Shown: positions 24,649 through 35,559 of the stretch, in pieces | Layout: each line of letters opens with the position of its first letter | How positions within the stretch are numbered: position 1 is the stretch's first letter | Assembly: GCA_010909165.1 (NCBI GenBank) | Contig: MU008177.1 | Location: 620,001 to 684,000, forward strand | DNA from: Anthoceros angustus | Lineage: Eukaryota; Plantae; Anthocerotophyta | Direction of reading: 5' to 3' | Length of the DNA stretch: 64,000 nucleotides | The notes under the pieces: model-generated | What the model was told of the DNA's origin: nothing | The model's input: the letters and a program-made list of their open reading frames with translations, nothing else | Databases searched by the model: none | Position numbers and translations under genes: made by a program

Positions 24649-26199
24649 TTATTGCGCGTCTTCAGGATTGACCTCATCGCCCTTGGCGTCTTCAACTTGG
24701 GCATTTCCTGGCTGGCTTTCATTCTGCTTGTTTCCGTAGGAATTGTCCTGTTCCTCCTCAGCCCCTACTGGATTACCGGACTCGTCTTGTACCGTCGGAG
24801 GATGATCCTCAGGACGGCTCGCCTGTTGGGATGCAGCCGCGTCCTGGTTGGCAGATTCGGTTTCGTTGTCTTTGTCTGGAGCTGCTTCCTGCTGCGGAGT
24901 AGGAGTTGCTTGCTGGTGGGTAGGAGTTGCCTGCTGGTGGGTAGGAGTTGCTTCCTGCGGCTGATTCGGAGACTGAGTGCCGTCCTGCTGCGGTGGGGTC
25001 GGAGGCTGAGGGGCTTCATCCTGCTGCGGCTGGGTCGGAGGCTGAGTGGCTTCCTCTTGCTGCTGGTGCTGGGTCGGAGGCTGATTGGCTTCCTCTTGCT
25101 GCTGGTGCTGGGTCGAAGGCTGAGTGGCTTCCTCTTGCTGCTGGTGCTGGGTCGGAGGCTGAGTGGCTTCCTCTTGCTGCTGCTGCTGCTGCTGGGTCGG
25201 AGAATGAGTGGCTTCCTCTTGCTGCTGGGTCGGAGACTCTCCCTCCTGCTGCTGGGTCGGCGACTGAATGTCGGCTTCCTGCTGCTGGGTCGGAGACTGA
25301 GTGGTTTCGTCTTGCTGCTGCGTCAGATGCTCTTCCTCCTTCTGCTGGGTCGAAGAGTGATTGGCTGCCTCCTGCTCCTGCTGCTGCTGCTCCTGCTGCG
25401 TGGGAGTGGCTTCCCCCGGCTGCTGGGTGGTAAACTGAGTGGCTTCCTCCTGCTGCTGCTCGGTGGGGGCGTCTACTAGGAGCCCTTGCTGGGTATGCAA
25501 GGCCTGCGTATGCGCAGGTGGAGGGTCGTCATCATCGGAATCCGATTCGTCAGAGCTGCTATCGTCTGCAAGGTGGCCATGGTCCAGATCTTCGATGCCC
25601 ATGAGGTAAGCCACCAAGGTCTGCCTGACCTGCTCCATTCTGGTTCGGGGCACGAATTGCTCACCTTCCTGGGGCAGCAGCGCGTACGACCACACCACCC
25701 GCGTCTTTTCCTCCTCGCCCTCCACCAAGCTTTTCTCGGAGAAGAGCTGCATGAGGCCGCTAGAGCCGATGATGCCCGGCTCCGGGCACTCGTCCACCGT
25801 GTAGGTGTACCAGTACTCCTGCGGCTCCACGGCCACCAGGCGCTCAATGACCCACGCTTGTTGGGGGTCCGCCTTGTCTGCCACCCGCCTCCGCGCTCCC
25901 ACGCTCACACCATTCAGCGTGAGCGGTGTGATACTCACCTGCGTGGGCCATCCATACCGCTCCCCGAATAAATCCGACACGATGTCCCACACTTTCTGTA
26001 TGGGCAGCGGCACGTACAGCACCACCGACCCCAGGCTCGATTTCCTCACGTTGGACGAATTTGCTGCCACAGGGCTCGACTCCGGCTCCGACTCCGACTC
26101 CGACTCCGACTCCACACCCGCCGCTTCAGCTGCTCCTGCCCCTGCCGGAGACGCTGGTCCTGTGGAACTCGCTGCCAGAGCCTCCTCCAGTTCCGCCAT
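24649..26199 (-). CDS. SRPBCC-fold protein B with long Gln/Thr/Pro-rich repeat tail, intronless (alternative ATG at 26307)
   Basis: PIQKVWDIVSDLF..YGWP..GARR..WVIERLV..YTYTV..VVWSY followed by QQQEEATQPPT repeats in an uninterrupted ORF. Confidence 0.8.
   Translation of the reverse strand: MAELEEALAASSTGPASPAGAGAAEAAGVESESESESEPESSPVAANSSNVRKSSLGSVVLYVPLPIQKVWDIVSDLFGERYGWPTQVSITPLTLNGVSVGARRRVADKADPQQAWVIERLVAVEPQEYWYTYTVDECPEPGIIGSSGLMQLFSEKSLVEGEEEKTRVVWSYALLPQEGEQFVPRTRMEQVRQTLVAYLMGIEDLDHGHLADDSSSDESDSDDDDPPPAHTQALHTQQGLLVDAPTEQQQEEATQFTTQQPGEATPTQQEQQQQEQEAANHSSTQQKEEEHLTQQQDETTQSPTQQQEADIQSPTQQQEGESPTQQQEEATHSPTQQQQQQQEEATQPPTQHQQQEEATQPSTQHQQQEEANQPPTQHQQQEEATQPPTQPQQDEAPQPPTPPQQDGTQSPNQPQEATPTHQQATPTHQQATPTPQQEAAPDKDNETESANQDAAASQQASRPEDHPPTVQDESGNPVGAEEEQDNSYGNKQNESQPGNAQVEDAKGDEVNPEDAQ
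24880..25465 (-). repeat. Coding minisatellite (~33-39 bp, CAG-rich)
   Basis: About 12 degenerate QQQEEATQPPTQ units plus QQATPTH units. Confidence 0.85.
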
Positions 26200-26929
26200 G
26201 ATCTTCCCTTCCAACTCCTTCAGTCTGGATCCAAGCTTGAAAACTTTTGCACAATTCAACTCCAGGCTATTCGGATTGCGAATGTCTGCCGACGTCCGGA
26301 TCTGCATGCAACAACTAACAGCGACGAGCCGTGGAGGCAGCCAAATTCAGGAACATCTTGGGCCACGAGATCATAGACGAATGGACAGCAGGACTCAATG
26401 TCATGTGCAAGCACAAGCAAGGAAATGGGAGCCGAGAAGGACGCCAGGCACAACTAAATAGCAAGGCTGAGCCAGCAAAGCATAGTAAGGTACGACAGCA
26501 GGGGGCACAAGATTTGTCTTCATCGGCATCGCACGAGGCGCGCTTCACGACATTTGTATCTTATGTGCTATGTTTCAGCCAAGGTTGATCTCCTGTTGAC
26601 AGGCCTTAACCCACGCCCAATGCTTGCATCTTTGCAAAGCTTCGACCTGTGCGGGGATCTCAAGGAGAGCGCGGATTCCGTGGGACCGCAACTTCTCGTT
26701 TGATTCGTACCAACATATTCTGGCCACTCGCTGTCTATGTAAGCAATGCACTTGGTCCCGGCATCGGACATACCGTTTCCTGACCTTTAGCCCGAGTATG
26801 CTGCTATAAGATAAATTAAAATACAAGAGTACCTATGCTACATAATGTGGATGTATCCTTTGCTGAGCCTTTCTTTTATGCTTCCAAAGGTATGGACATT
26901 CCAGCTTAACTCCGATTTACATAGGGGTG

Positions 26930-29588
26930 CTACCTTCTACTTCCCGAGAGCAATTCCACCACAGACGATAATGGATTGGGCAAGTCGTACGCTCTTGAAT
27001 CTTGGAAGAGGATTCCACCTGGTCCGGTGAAGATAAAACATGTTCACACATCAGTGAAAAAGGCCATTCAGGACTTCATAGAAGTCGGCGGGAAGGTGGG
27101 GAGAGGACAAGCAACTTACTTATCCACAGTCCTATGCCTGCTGTCGCGGTCCAGAACAAAGGATATCCAATGCAGTCGTATCTGCAGAGACACCCAACAT
27201 GTTCTTAATTCTGTTATCGACAGAGGTGCCCAAGCAACAAGTACTGTATTTTGAGAGCTTAGTTACTGAGTGGGGTCACAGTTCATGGCAGGGTATAAGG
27301 GATCACTCACGAGTACATGCTGAGCAAGATTCCCCACCCTTGGAATAAGAATCCCCAAGATGCACCGGTGAACCTGGGTATCAAAGCCGAAATTTAACGG
27401 ATTGGTTGGCTACTGAGCAAGCACTGCGAAATCTGCGAATATATATACCAGGATGGGTACGAAATCACATACCACATAAGATCTCGGGTGAAGAGAGCCC
27501 GAGGGAACAGCAGCCCATTTCCTATCATTGCTAGCAGTACGGTGAAGACAGACAGCCCTTGAATGTTTGCTGGATTCAGGATGTTCAGCCACTGTCGGCA
27601 CGAAAGCAGTACAAGTCAGGGCAGAGCTGCAGGAATTCAATTCGCATTCGAATGGATTTCAAGTGAGCGAGAAGAGTAAGACTCACCATTTGGGAGACCG
27701 GCGCCCACATAAACAAAACAGTGGCGGTCCAGGCGGAAATGGATCCTACTACTGTAGCTAGCTTCTCGGGCAACCTGTTAAGACGGTTCTGTAGACAAGA
27801 CGCAAGTGCAGAGTGGCATGGATGAGACCAAAACCTTACAGAAATCGGGGAACGAGCTGGCAGTTGAGATTGCTCACCAGAACCACCAAGGTGAGCGCCA
27901 GTCCACCAAAGACAATTGCGGGCAGCATGGTTGGAGGGAGATACGGCTGGAACGTGGACCACATCACCTGGATTTCAATGGCGCAGTTGTTAGATCGAAA
28001 GCCCAGATATGTCTACCGACCATTTCATCTCCACGGAAGTTCACTGGGTCGAGTCGACCAACCAATCCTCTTCGTTAACCACACGCTTACTTCATACGTT
28101 CTTGAATTCATTACTAAGCGACGTTTAGATCGGCAGAAAATTGTACAGACCTGAGGAAGCACGGTGATTCCACCCACACTAACAGCTTCTTGCCAAAGCC
28201 TCCATACGGCAGGAGGAAGCAGAGAGTAATAGTTGAGGAGATTGAGAGAAAGGCCAAGGACCACAGCGGTGGCCGTTGCGGAGAAAGCCAAGGATGGCAT
28301 TGCACCAGCAATGTTAAGTTGCACTAGGACAGCAAGAGTTGAGACAACTCCAACTGCCTGGACAACCATGGCGCCCCTCTCCCTCTTCCCCGCAAAATAG
28401 GATAGCAACGACAAGTTTCCCAGAAGTCCTGTTAATTGCCCCTGTCAACAGTTGTGCAAGTGCCACTCGATCAATAAATGCAAAAAAAGCCAATGAACCA
28501 AGCCAACATTGAGCGTAGAGAGACCATCTAGAACCAACAATGTCCGAATCCTGAAACCAGAATCTAAGGATTGCGGCTAACAATCAATGAAATACTAGCT
28601 TACCATCCAAGGAATGGCGAACAACGCAGAATAGTTTCCCGACCACAAGTTCTGAGTATTGAGAATAATTTGAGGAAGCTGCAGCAACAGGAATGCGACT
28701 GTGGCGGAGTCTGCTAGCCTTGCAGTGATGTTATTCCACTGCACATACAAATCTTTGTACGAGAGTTCCTGATAGCTCTCGTCTTGCAGAGCTCTTGCCT
28801 CTCCCATGTCGAATGTCCCATAGCCCTCGGCCCCAGCCTGCAGAAACAAGAGAAGAATTTTCCTCACATATTAGTGAAAACCTTAAAGGCCATCACACGG
28901 TGACCGCATTACTCCAAATGAATCATTTCAACACAGGCACAGCCTCACTCACAACAACAAGCTTAACAAGCAAGAGCAGGTATTTGGAAACAGAACCTCG
29001 AGGTCAGCCACCACGACCGGCGGAGCCACTGACGTATCCTCTACCAACGCGCGGGGAACCGTCATGGTTGCCATTCCCCGCAGCTTCCCGCCACAAAAAT
29101 GCGCTCGAAAGCCGAGCGGATCAAAACTGTACGGCGATGCCGCACGCGACAAGCGCCGAGGCCTCGCACTCTGAAATACGGAGGTCCCGGAGCGACTCGC
29201 GCACACAGGGGACCTCTTCCTCAACTCCCGCAGTCCAACACTGGAAGCAGAACGGAAAGCACTCTCTCTTCCGACTTTCAGAACGGCAATGCTGTTCGCA
29301 GAATGGATTGATCCGGGTCCGCCGTCTTTCTGAAGGCCCGATACCTTATCAATGCAGCTCGAAATTCTGCCTGCGGGAAAACATGCAACACACCACAATG
29401 CAGCGCTCGCACAAGGGAAAAAATGAATCAAAACTTGATCACAACTCGGGAAAGGAATGCATGTTAAGAATCTAATCTGCATCGACTTCAAGCTCTAGCA
29501 AGAACAAGAAAAGGAAAAGAGCCACACATCGTTGCATGCCCGTGGCAGCAGCCGGGGAGTTGCACCGCAGAATCTGCGAGATTGCCAT
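26930..29588 (-). CDS. MEX1: Chloroplast maltose transporter (Maltose excess 1)
   Basis: WNNITARLADSATVAFLLLQLPQIILN, LLSYFAGKRE..VVQAVGVVST, W.ATVLFMWAPVSQ, C-terminal DSRAYDLPNPLSSVVELLSG; multi-exon; first exon inferred. Confidence 0.9.
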
Positions 29589-30477
29589 GATCGGCGATCA
29601 GAAGGCGCTTTTAACAGCTGCGAGTCCAACAACTTCGAGTCCTGGCGGCTGCTTCAAAGAATCAAAGGAGCACAGGTTCGATCACAATGTCGAATGAAAA
29701 CGGCGACACGAAGACACTAATAAGCGTCTCTTGCGGGAGCAAAACATCGGCAGTGGCGATGACACCTGGTGCGGTTTGGGCCTTCGGCAGTGCCCGGCGT
29801 CCCAGGCCACGCGTCCGGCAACTATCCGCTGCTAAAACTAGGCATTGTCCAATTTAATGGCTCTTACCAATTTACTTCACGTCGACACGCTTCGGCGGCG
29901 CATTTCATCACTATCCCGGGCTCTTGTGGCGACGCTCCACTGGTCACAACAGGTTACGAATTGAAATATCAAAAACGTCGTACCGTCCCTTTTTAAATTG
30001 GTACATAGTGCCTTTCTAAGTATGTAGAAGCTTCCTCATCGAGAGAGAAATTTTTAGATCCGTTGAATTTATAAAGAAAAAAATAATGTTTTTTGCAGTA
30101 ATGATTACAATGTCCATATGTTATAACACAGCAATATGAGCCCAAGAGCTAGCCCATAACATGGATCATTTTAATGATATTGGAACTCGTTATCTGTCCA
30201 ACTAGGTGAATGGAAAAATCACATGTTGTCCAGATTCCACTTGAAAAGGCCTACACATTAGAACACAATTCAATCGAACTAGATACTAAAAGTCATGAAT
30301 GAAACGTTTATACTTTGCATAATGTTTTAACCTACTCAAAGGCACCGGTGTATTCTGCACACGAAAAAGAAAATAGAGAAGCACCCCTAAGGCGCTTTTA
30401 TGTTATCCTACATGGAGAATCAGGCAACCGACATAGTCCTCAAAGTGGTTTACAAGGTTCACAGACTGCCTGCATCT

Positions 30478-31632
30478 TGGTGAGTGACCGAGATCCTCGG
30501 TTCATGTCTCGGTTTGGCAAGCCGTGCATGCTAGTCTCCACACCCGGCTGTATTTTTCAACAGCCTTTCATCCGCAGGTTGATGGGGCAACTGAATGGGT
30601 TTACCAGGTTGTCGAAGATTTCTTACGAGCATATTCTAGCGTCTATCAAGACCAGTGGGCCACATACCTTTATTTTGTTGAATTCGCCTGTAACAACTCA
30701 GTCAATAGTTCTACTGGTGTCTTGCCTTTTCTGTTCAACAAGGGATTTCATCCCCGGACTTGTCTGGTCGCTATGGTTCCAGGTCATGCCCTTGTCCTTG
30801 CTACTGCGGACTTCCTTTCTCGGCGCATCCAGGTTCAGGAAAGGACTCGCCAACTCGCTTTAGACGCTCAAAATCGCCAAGCTTAGTATGCGAATCGTCA
30901 TCGATGCCCCTAGCTTTACAACTTGGGGAATTTCATCCTCCTTTTAGCTCGACATCTACCTCCGTAGGTTGACGTCTGCAAGCTTTCCCCTTGATATCTG
31001 GGCCCCTACAAAGTCCTCCGGAAGGTAGGTGCTGTTGCCTATGAACTCTCCCTCCTCGTTGACTATCGTCTCCACCCTGTCTTCCATGTCTAGTTACTAA
31101 AGCATACCGTGGTGCCTCACCTTCAACTCCTCCCCCCCATTCTCACGGATATTGGACCAGAGTATGAAGTCGAAGCTCTCCTTGACGCCTCCGTCCGCCG
31201 CTGCGCCGGGTCCTTTGAAGGGCTACCCATTGTCTGATGTGACTTGGGAGCCTCTCGACCATCTTTCAAGTGCCCTTGACCTCCTCCGGACCTATGCTCG
31301 GCAGCATGCCTTGGTTTCGCCAGGTTCCTAGGTTGAAACCTCTTTCCACATAGGATGAGTTGTCACGGTAATGCTTTTAACTTTTCCACACTGTACAGTC
31401 AAAAGCTTTTACATTGGTTAGTATAGCTGCGTGATTTGCAATAGGTTAGGTTAATCCAAGCCTTGGGTCTACTTTCATTTAGGATTACGATCCGCGATTA
31501 CGGCCCATAGTTATTGCTGTTGACATCGGTCTCATGTATACTTAAACCCAGCCTGGAGCCCTAATCAACAGTGTGCATTGTGTGCATATTTCTTTGCGCT
31601 CCTCAATAGATTACCTCAGCATAGCCATCACA
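30478..31632 (+). mobile_element. Degenerate Gypsy chromovirus remnant (integrase, GPY/F, chromodomain, probable 3' LTR from 31361)
   Basis: VSDRDPRF, STAFHPQVDG, YLGPYKVL..VAYEL..LHPVFHV, EYEVEALL..TWEP; purine tract then TGTCAC; LTR end tentative. Confidence 0.8.
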
Positions 31633-31929
31633 CAAGGTTTTTCCTTTCTAGTTGGTTTTAAATACCTATCGGTTTGCACAGTCATTTAATGTCTCTTAAG
31701 AGGAGTCCCTCTTTCAAAACGCGGGCCACCGAGCATGTGTTAGACATACTTAATCATCTAGGACATGTATCAGATGTCAGATATGCTGACTATTTAGCAC
31801 ATGTGTCATGAATCACATGTTGGGCATACTTACTATTCAGGACATGTGCATGCATCAGATGTTAGACATGCTTACTTTTGAGGACATATGTGAGACGTGC
31901 TTGGATTCTTAAGAAAGAAAGTCTAGTTT

Positions 31930-32348
31930 CGCCCTCCCTCGACGCGCCACACGTGCGCCACCCGTCGGGCCGACGGGTGGCGACGGAGGGAGCCGCGCCC
32001 ACCCTAGGGGTGGCGCGTGGAGGGCGCCGGCCGGCGCCTTCCCCACGCAGCACCCGCCGCATCCCGACGGGTGGTGCGCAGGGCGGCCGCCGCCGCCGCC
32101 GCCCGACATGTGGCGCGGCGGCGGGCGGCGCCGGCCGGCGCCGCCCACGCGCCACCGCCGGGCCTCCTCGTGGTGGTGCGCTGGCGGCGCCGGCCGGCGC
32201 GCCCGCCCTCCGCGCCACTGGAGGCCCGACGGATGGGCGTGGATCATGGGCGCCGGCGCCGCCCGCACAACACCCATTCGTGGGCCGACGGGTGGCGCTT
32301 GGAGGACGGGCGCCGGCTGGCGCCATCCAACGGGGCCAACGTCGGGCC
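31930..32348. repeat. GC-rich palindrome/hairpin cluster
   Basis: Repeated GGCGCCGGCCGGCGC palindromes and CCGACGGGTGG motifs; hairpin CGCCACCCGTCGG-G-CCGACGGGTGGCG. Confidence 0.7.
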
Positions 32349-34463
32349 TACTTTGCATTATTCCCTAGGTTCGAGTTTCGACCACCATTCCCCACAAACA
32401 TTGCTGGATGGAAAGTAGTAACTTTACTGCGTGACACCCTTTTTTTCGGAGCCGTTTTTTTCAATGCCTTCAAAACGGTGTTTTAGGGCCCATCAAAAAC
32501 CCCCTTTAGAGATTATTTGCAGAAAACCCCCTTCGAGATTATTCACCCCCTTCAAAAATTATCGTGTTTATTCAGGAGCTAATCTTCATTAAATCATCAG
32601 CTATCATCTCCTTTGTATTGAAGCATTGCATAAGGATGGTCCTCGAGGCAAGACAAGGGTGATTAGATTATAAGATAATCAGGTTTACAAAGAAGCATGA
32701 CAAAAAATGTGTATTTTAAAGAGTTTACATACAAACAGAGTTCAACAAGATTGCCGACTATAGGAGACTACCAACCTTTTGCAAGTTTGCTTGATTTTCA
32801 ATAGGTTGCCATATAAGGAAGGAGAAGATGATGGCTTTATGAAGTATGTGGATAAGCATGTTGCATCTGAGAATGTCACTTGCAAGCAGTTGTCCTAAAG
32901 CAACAACTAATTGCATTTGGGACGAACTTTATAAATCAACAACTAATGGCATTTGGGAGGAACAGCTAGAGCGATAGCTAATTGCATTTGATCAATGAAC
33001 CTGTATAGATTTCAATTTCTAATGTACTTTAGCGATTACTTTCTTTATGTTGATCACCTTTTCGTGCAAATTCTTCAACTTCTCCCCTACCTCGCAAAAA
33101 AAGCTACTTGGAGACCATAGCTTTTCTCTGGAGTCAGAAACTTTCTGCCGCGCCCATCTTCGGGGGACCCGATATTTTTTCCATTATGTTCATATACCTC
33201 ATAAAGCTTTACATTTTGCCCTGTAAATGCCAGTCCACGTAGTCCTTCTTTACTAGTAACCCTATAAACTCCTTCTGCATCCCTTTTCTTCATACAATAT
33301 TTATGCACTAGGGGACTTGTGTCCTGCTTTGAATGTAGAGTAGAATGTATTGGTGAACTCTTGTCACTTATGTCGGATTAATATTCATTTGGGCAGAAGC
33401 GTACAGGACTGTGGTGTACTTTGAATCGGCTTCCTACCAAGGACTTTAATGCAACGACTCTACATGAGACTTGGAGTAAGAAGATACTATCATTGGGGCA
33501 CATGCATATTTTCGGGTATGAGGTGTTTGCTCACATTGATAAAGCTTAAAGCGATGACTCCATATGAGACTTGGAGTAACAAGTTTTACCATCACGTCAT
33601 GGGTTAACGATCTCGCATATTTGCTATAATGACCGCAACAGCCTAACAGGATGTAGTGTTCCCCGTTTTGGAAAATCTCGGTGTCCAAAGTATGCCAAGA
33701 TGTGGTCCCAAATCGTTAGGAACACCACATTTGCAACAATGTTATTGAACAAAACCAAAACCTTTCAAAGGCATTCGGATTCAGATTGAGGCGTTTGCTA
33801 ACATGTTTGCTAATAAAGTTTCATATGTAAATATACTTTTAAAAATATTTTTATTTTGACCCATAGCAATTCCGAAAGGAGAGAAACTATGGACTTTTGT
33901 AGGTGTGTGGGGAGTGACTTATGACTATCATCTTACTTTTAAGCACCATTCATTTAACGCAAATGCTCGTCAAGCAAATACTGTCTACTGGGTCGGAGGC
34001 ACTGTTGGTGCTGGCTCTCGGTTCAACATGGGCAGCACTCCCTCCAACGTTAGGAGAACCCAAGAAGTGAGATTTAAAATTATATGATAAACGGAATCCG
34101 GTCTCATGGCGCGGTTGGCCACCGTTGGCTACTAATTTATGTGGCCCTTGCCTATGTCAAATCATAGGCCACACTTCAGAGACTAGGCCTAATAACATAC
34201 GAGATGGAGAAGGTTAGACTCCGTACCCACACTTTGTTTTCCGACCGGAGCATGGTTATAGAGACTGGCTGCTGATAATGTGACAGATTCCAACACGAAA
34301 CGACGGATTTCTATGGCTGCTCGATTCATTGTAGAGACGGAAGACACGATTTTGAAAGCGTGACGCTTCACAATCCAGTCCGGGACACGTGCATATGTAC
34401 ACTATGTACACACGCATGATCGGGGCACACTTTCTGTACAAGTAATCCAAGTGCCAATGCCTT

Positions 34464-35197
34464 CTAAGTTTCCGTCACCACCGGCCCAGCTGAGCGACTC
34501 GCCTCCCGACTTGCGGGTGCGCTCTCCGTCGGATGCTGTTCTTCGACGCGAGGTGCAGAGCCGACGTCTCCAGTATCTTTCCAGTCGATGCTGATGGGAC
34601 GCACCTCTGCCTTCTTCTCTTCTCTTTTTGGAACTTTAACAGCCAAGACTCCGTTCTCCATGTTGGCTTCCACCCGTCCTGTATCCACGTTGTCCGGGAG
34701 CCGGAAGCGGCGTAGGAATTGGCCGAAAGTGCGCTCCACATGATGCCACCTATCGTTCTCGCTCGTCTGCTCGCGTCCGCGCTGGCCAGAGATTTTTAGC
34801 ACGTTGCCATCCTCCACCTCCACCTTCACATCGTTTTTGCTCACGCCTTGGCAGATCCATTGCAGAGATCATGGAACTGGAGCGTCAGAAAATATTTGAC
34901 AAGCTTGGAGGTTTGAGAAGAGGGCAGGCGCTCGAGACAAATCCATCTTGTTGGAAAACCAGACAAATCAACCGACTGGAAACAAGATTGATTACCGGGA
35001 AGCTCGGCTCTGAAGATGTGAGACTCCGGAGTCTCTACCCAGTCTACTCGCGTGTTGGAAGCAGCAGATGCATCTCTCACGTAAGAGCGGGCAGGCGTGG
35101 TATCCAGCGTCCCCCAGTCGAAGGGATCAAAGAAACTCCCGAAGACATCGAACGGGTCTGGCCGACCAGGCCGACCGAACCACGATGAGAGAGCCAT
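34464..35197 (-). CDS. Small heat-shock protein (HSP20, cytosolic class I-like), exons 35197-34996 and 34846-34464
   Basis: [19 protein letters not shown]|[42 protein letters not shown] alpha-crystallin domain. Confidence 0.92.
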
Positions 35198-35559
35198 GAG
35201 AAAATGCTGCCTGTCGCAAACGTAAACCGTCTCCAAGAGAGGCTGAGCTTCGAGAGCTATGGCTATGTACCGTGGCGCGAGTGCCGTGGGGAGTTAAAGT
35301 AGTCGCGTAAACCACTTCACTCTCCAGCCGCGTTACCCTAAACTTCCGATGTTCTCTCCCATGCAGAGTTTATCCGGACAAGTGCCCTTGCAGTTGCAGG
35401 CGGCGACTGGTTGTTCGAGTCCAGACTGTACACATCTGGCACCTTCTACACACTACGTTCTTCGGTGAGCAAGATGATAATCGATTGATATTGTGTACAG
35501 GGTGTCACAAGGACGTGCCTGTACCAAGTTAAAAGAGAACAGAGCTGGCGGGCTCCTAT

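Noticed and set aside
24652-25479. 275 aa Leu/Arg-rich plus-strand ORF (LLLLGRRLSGF repeats)
   Set aside because: Antisense reading of the CAG-rich tail of SRPBCC protein B.
31862-32486. Several overlapping Arg/Ala/Pro-rich ORFs
   Set aside because: Stop-codon scarcity in very GC-rich palindromic DNA.
32600-33700. Short minus-strand ORFs in an AT-rich region
   Set aside because: Possibly decayed TE coding sequence, but no motif could be assigned.
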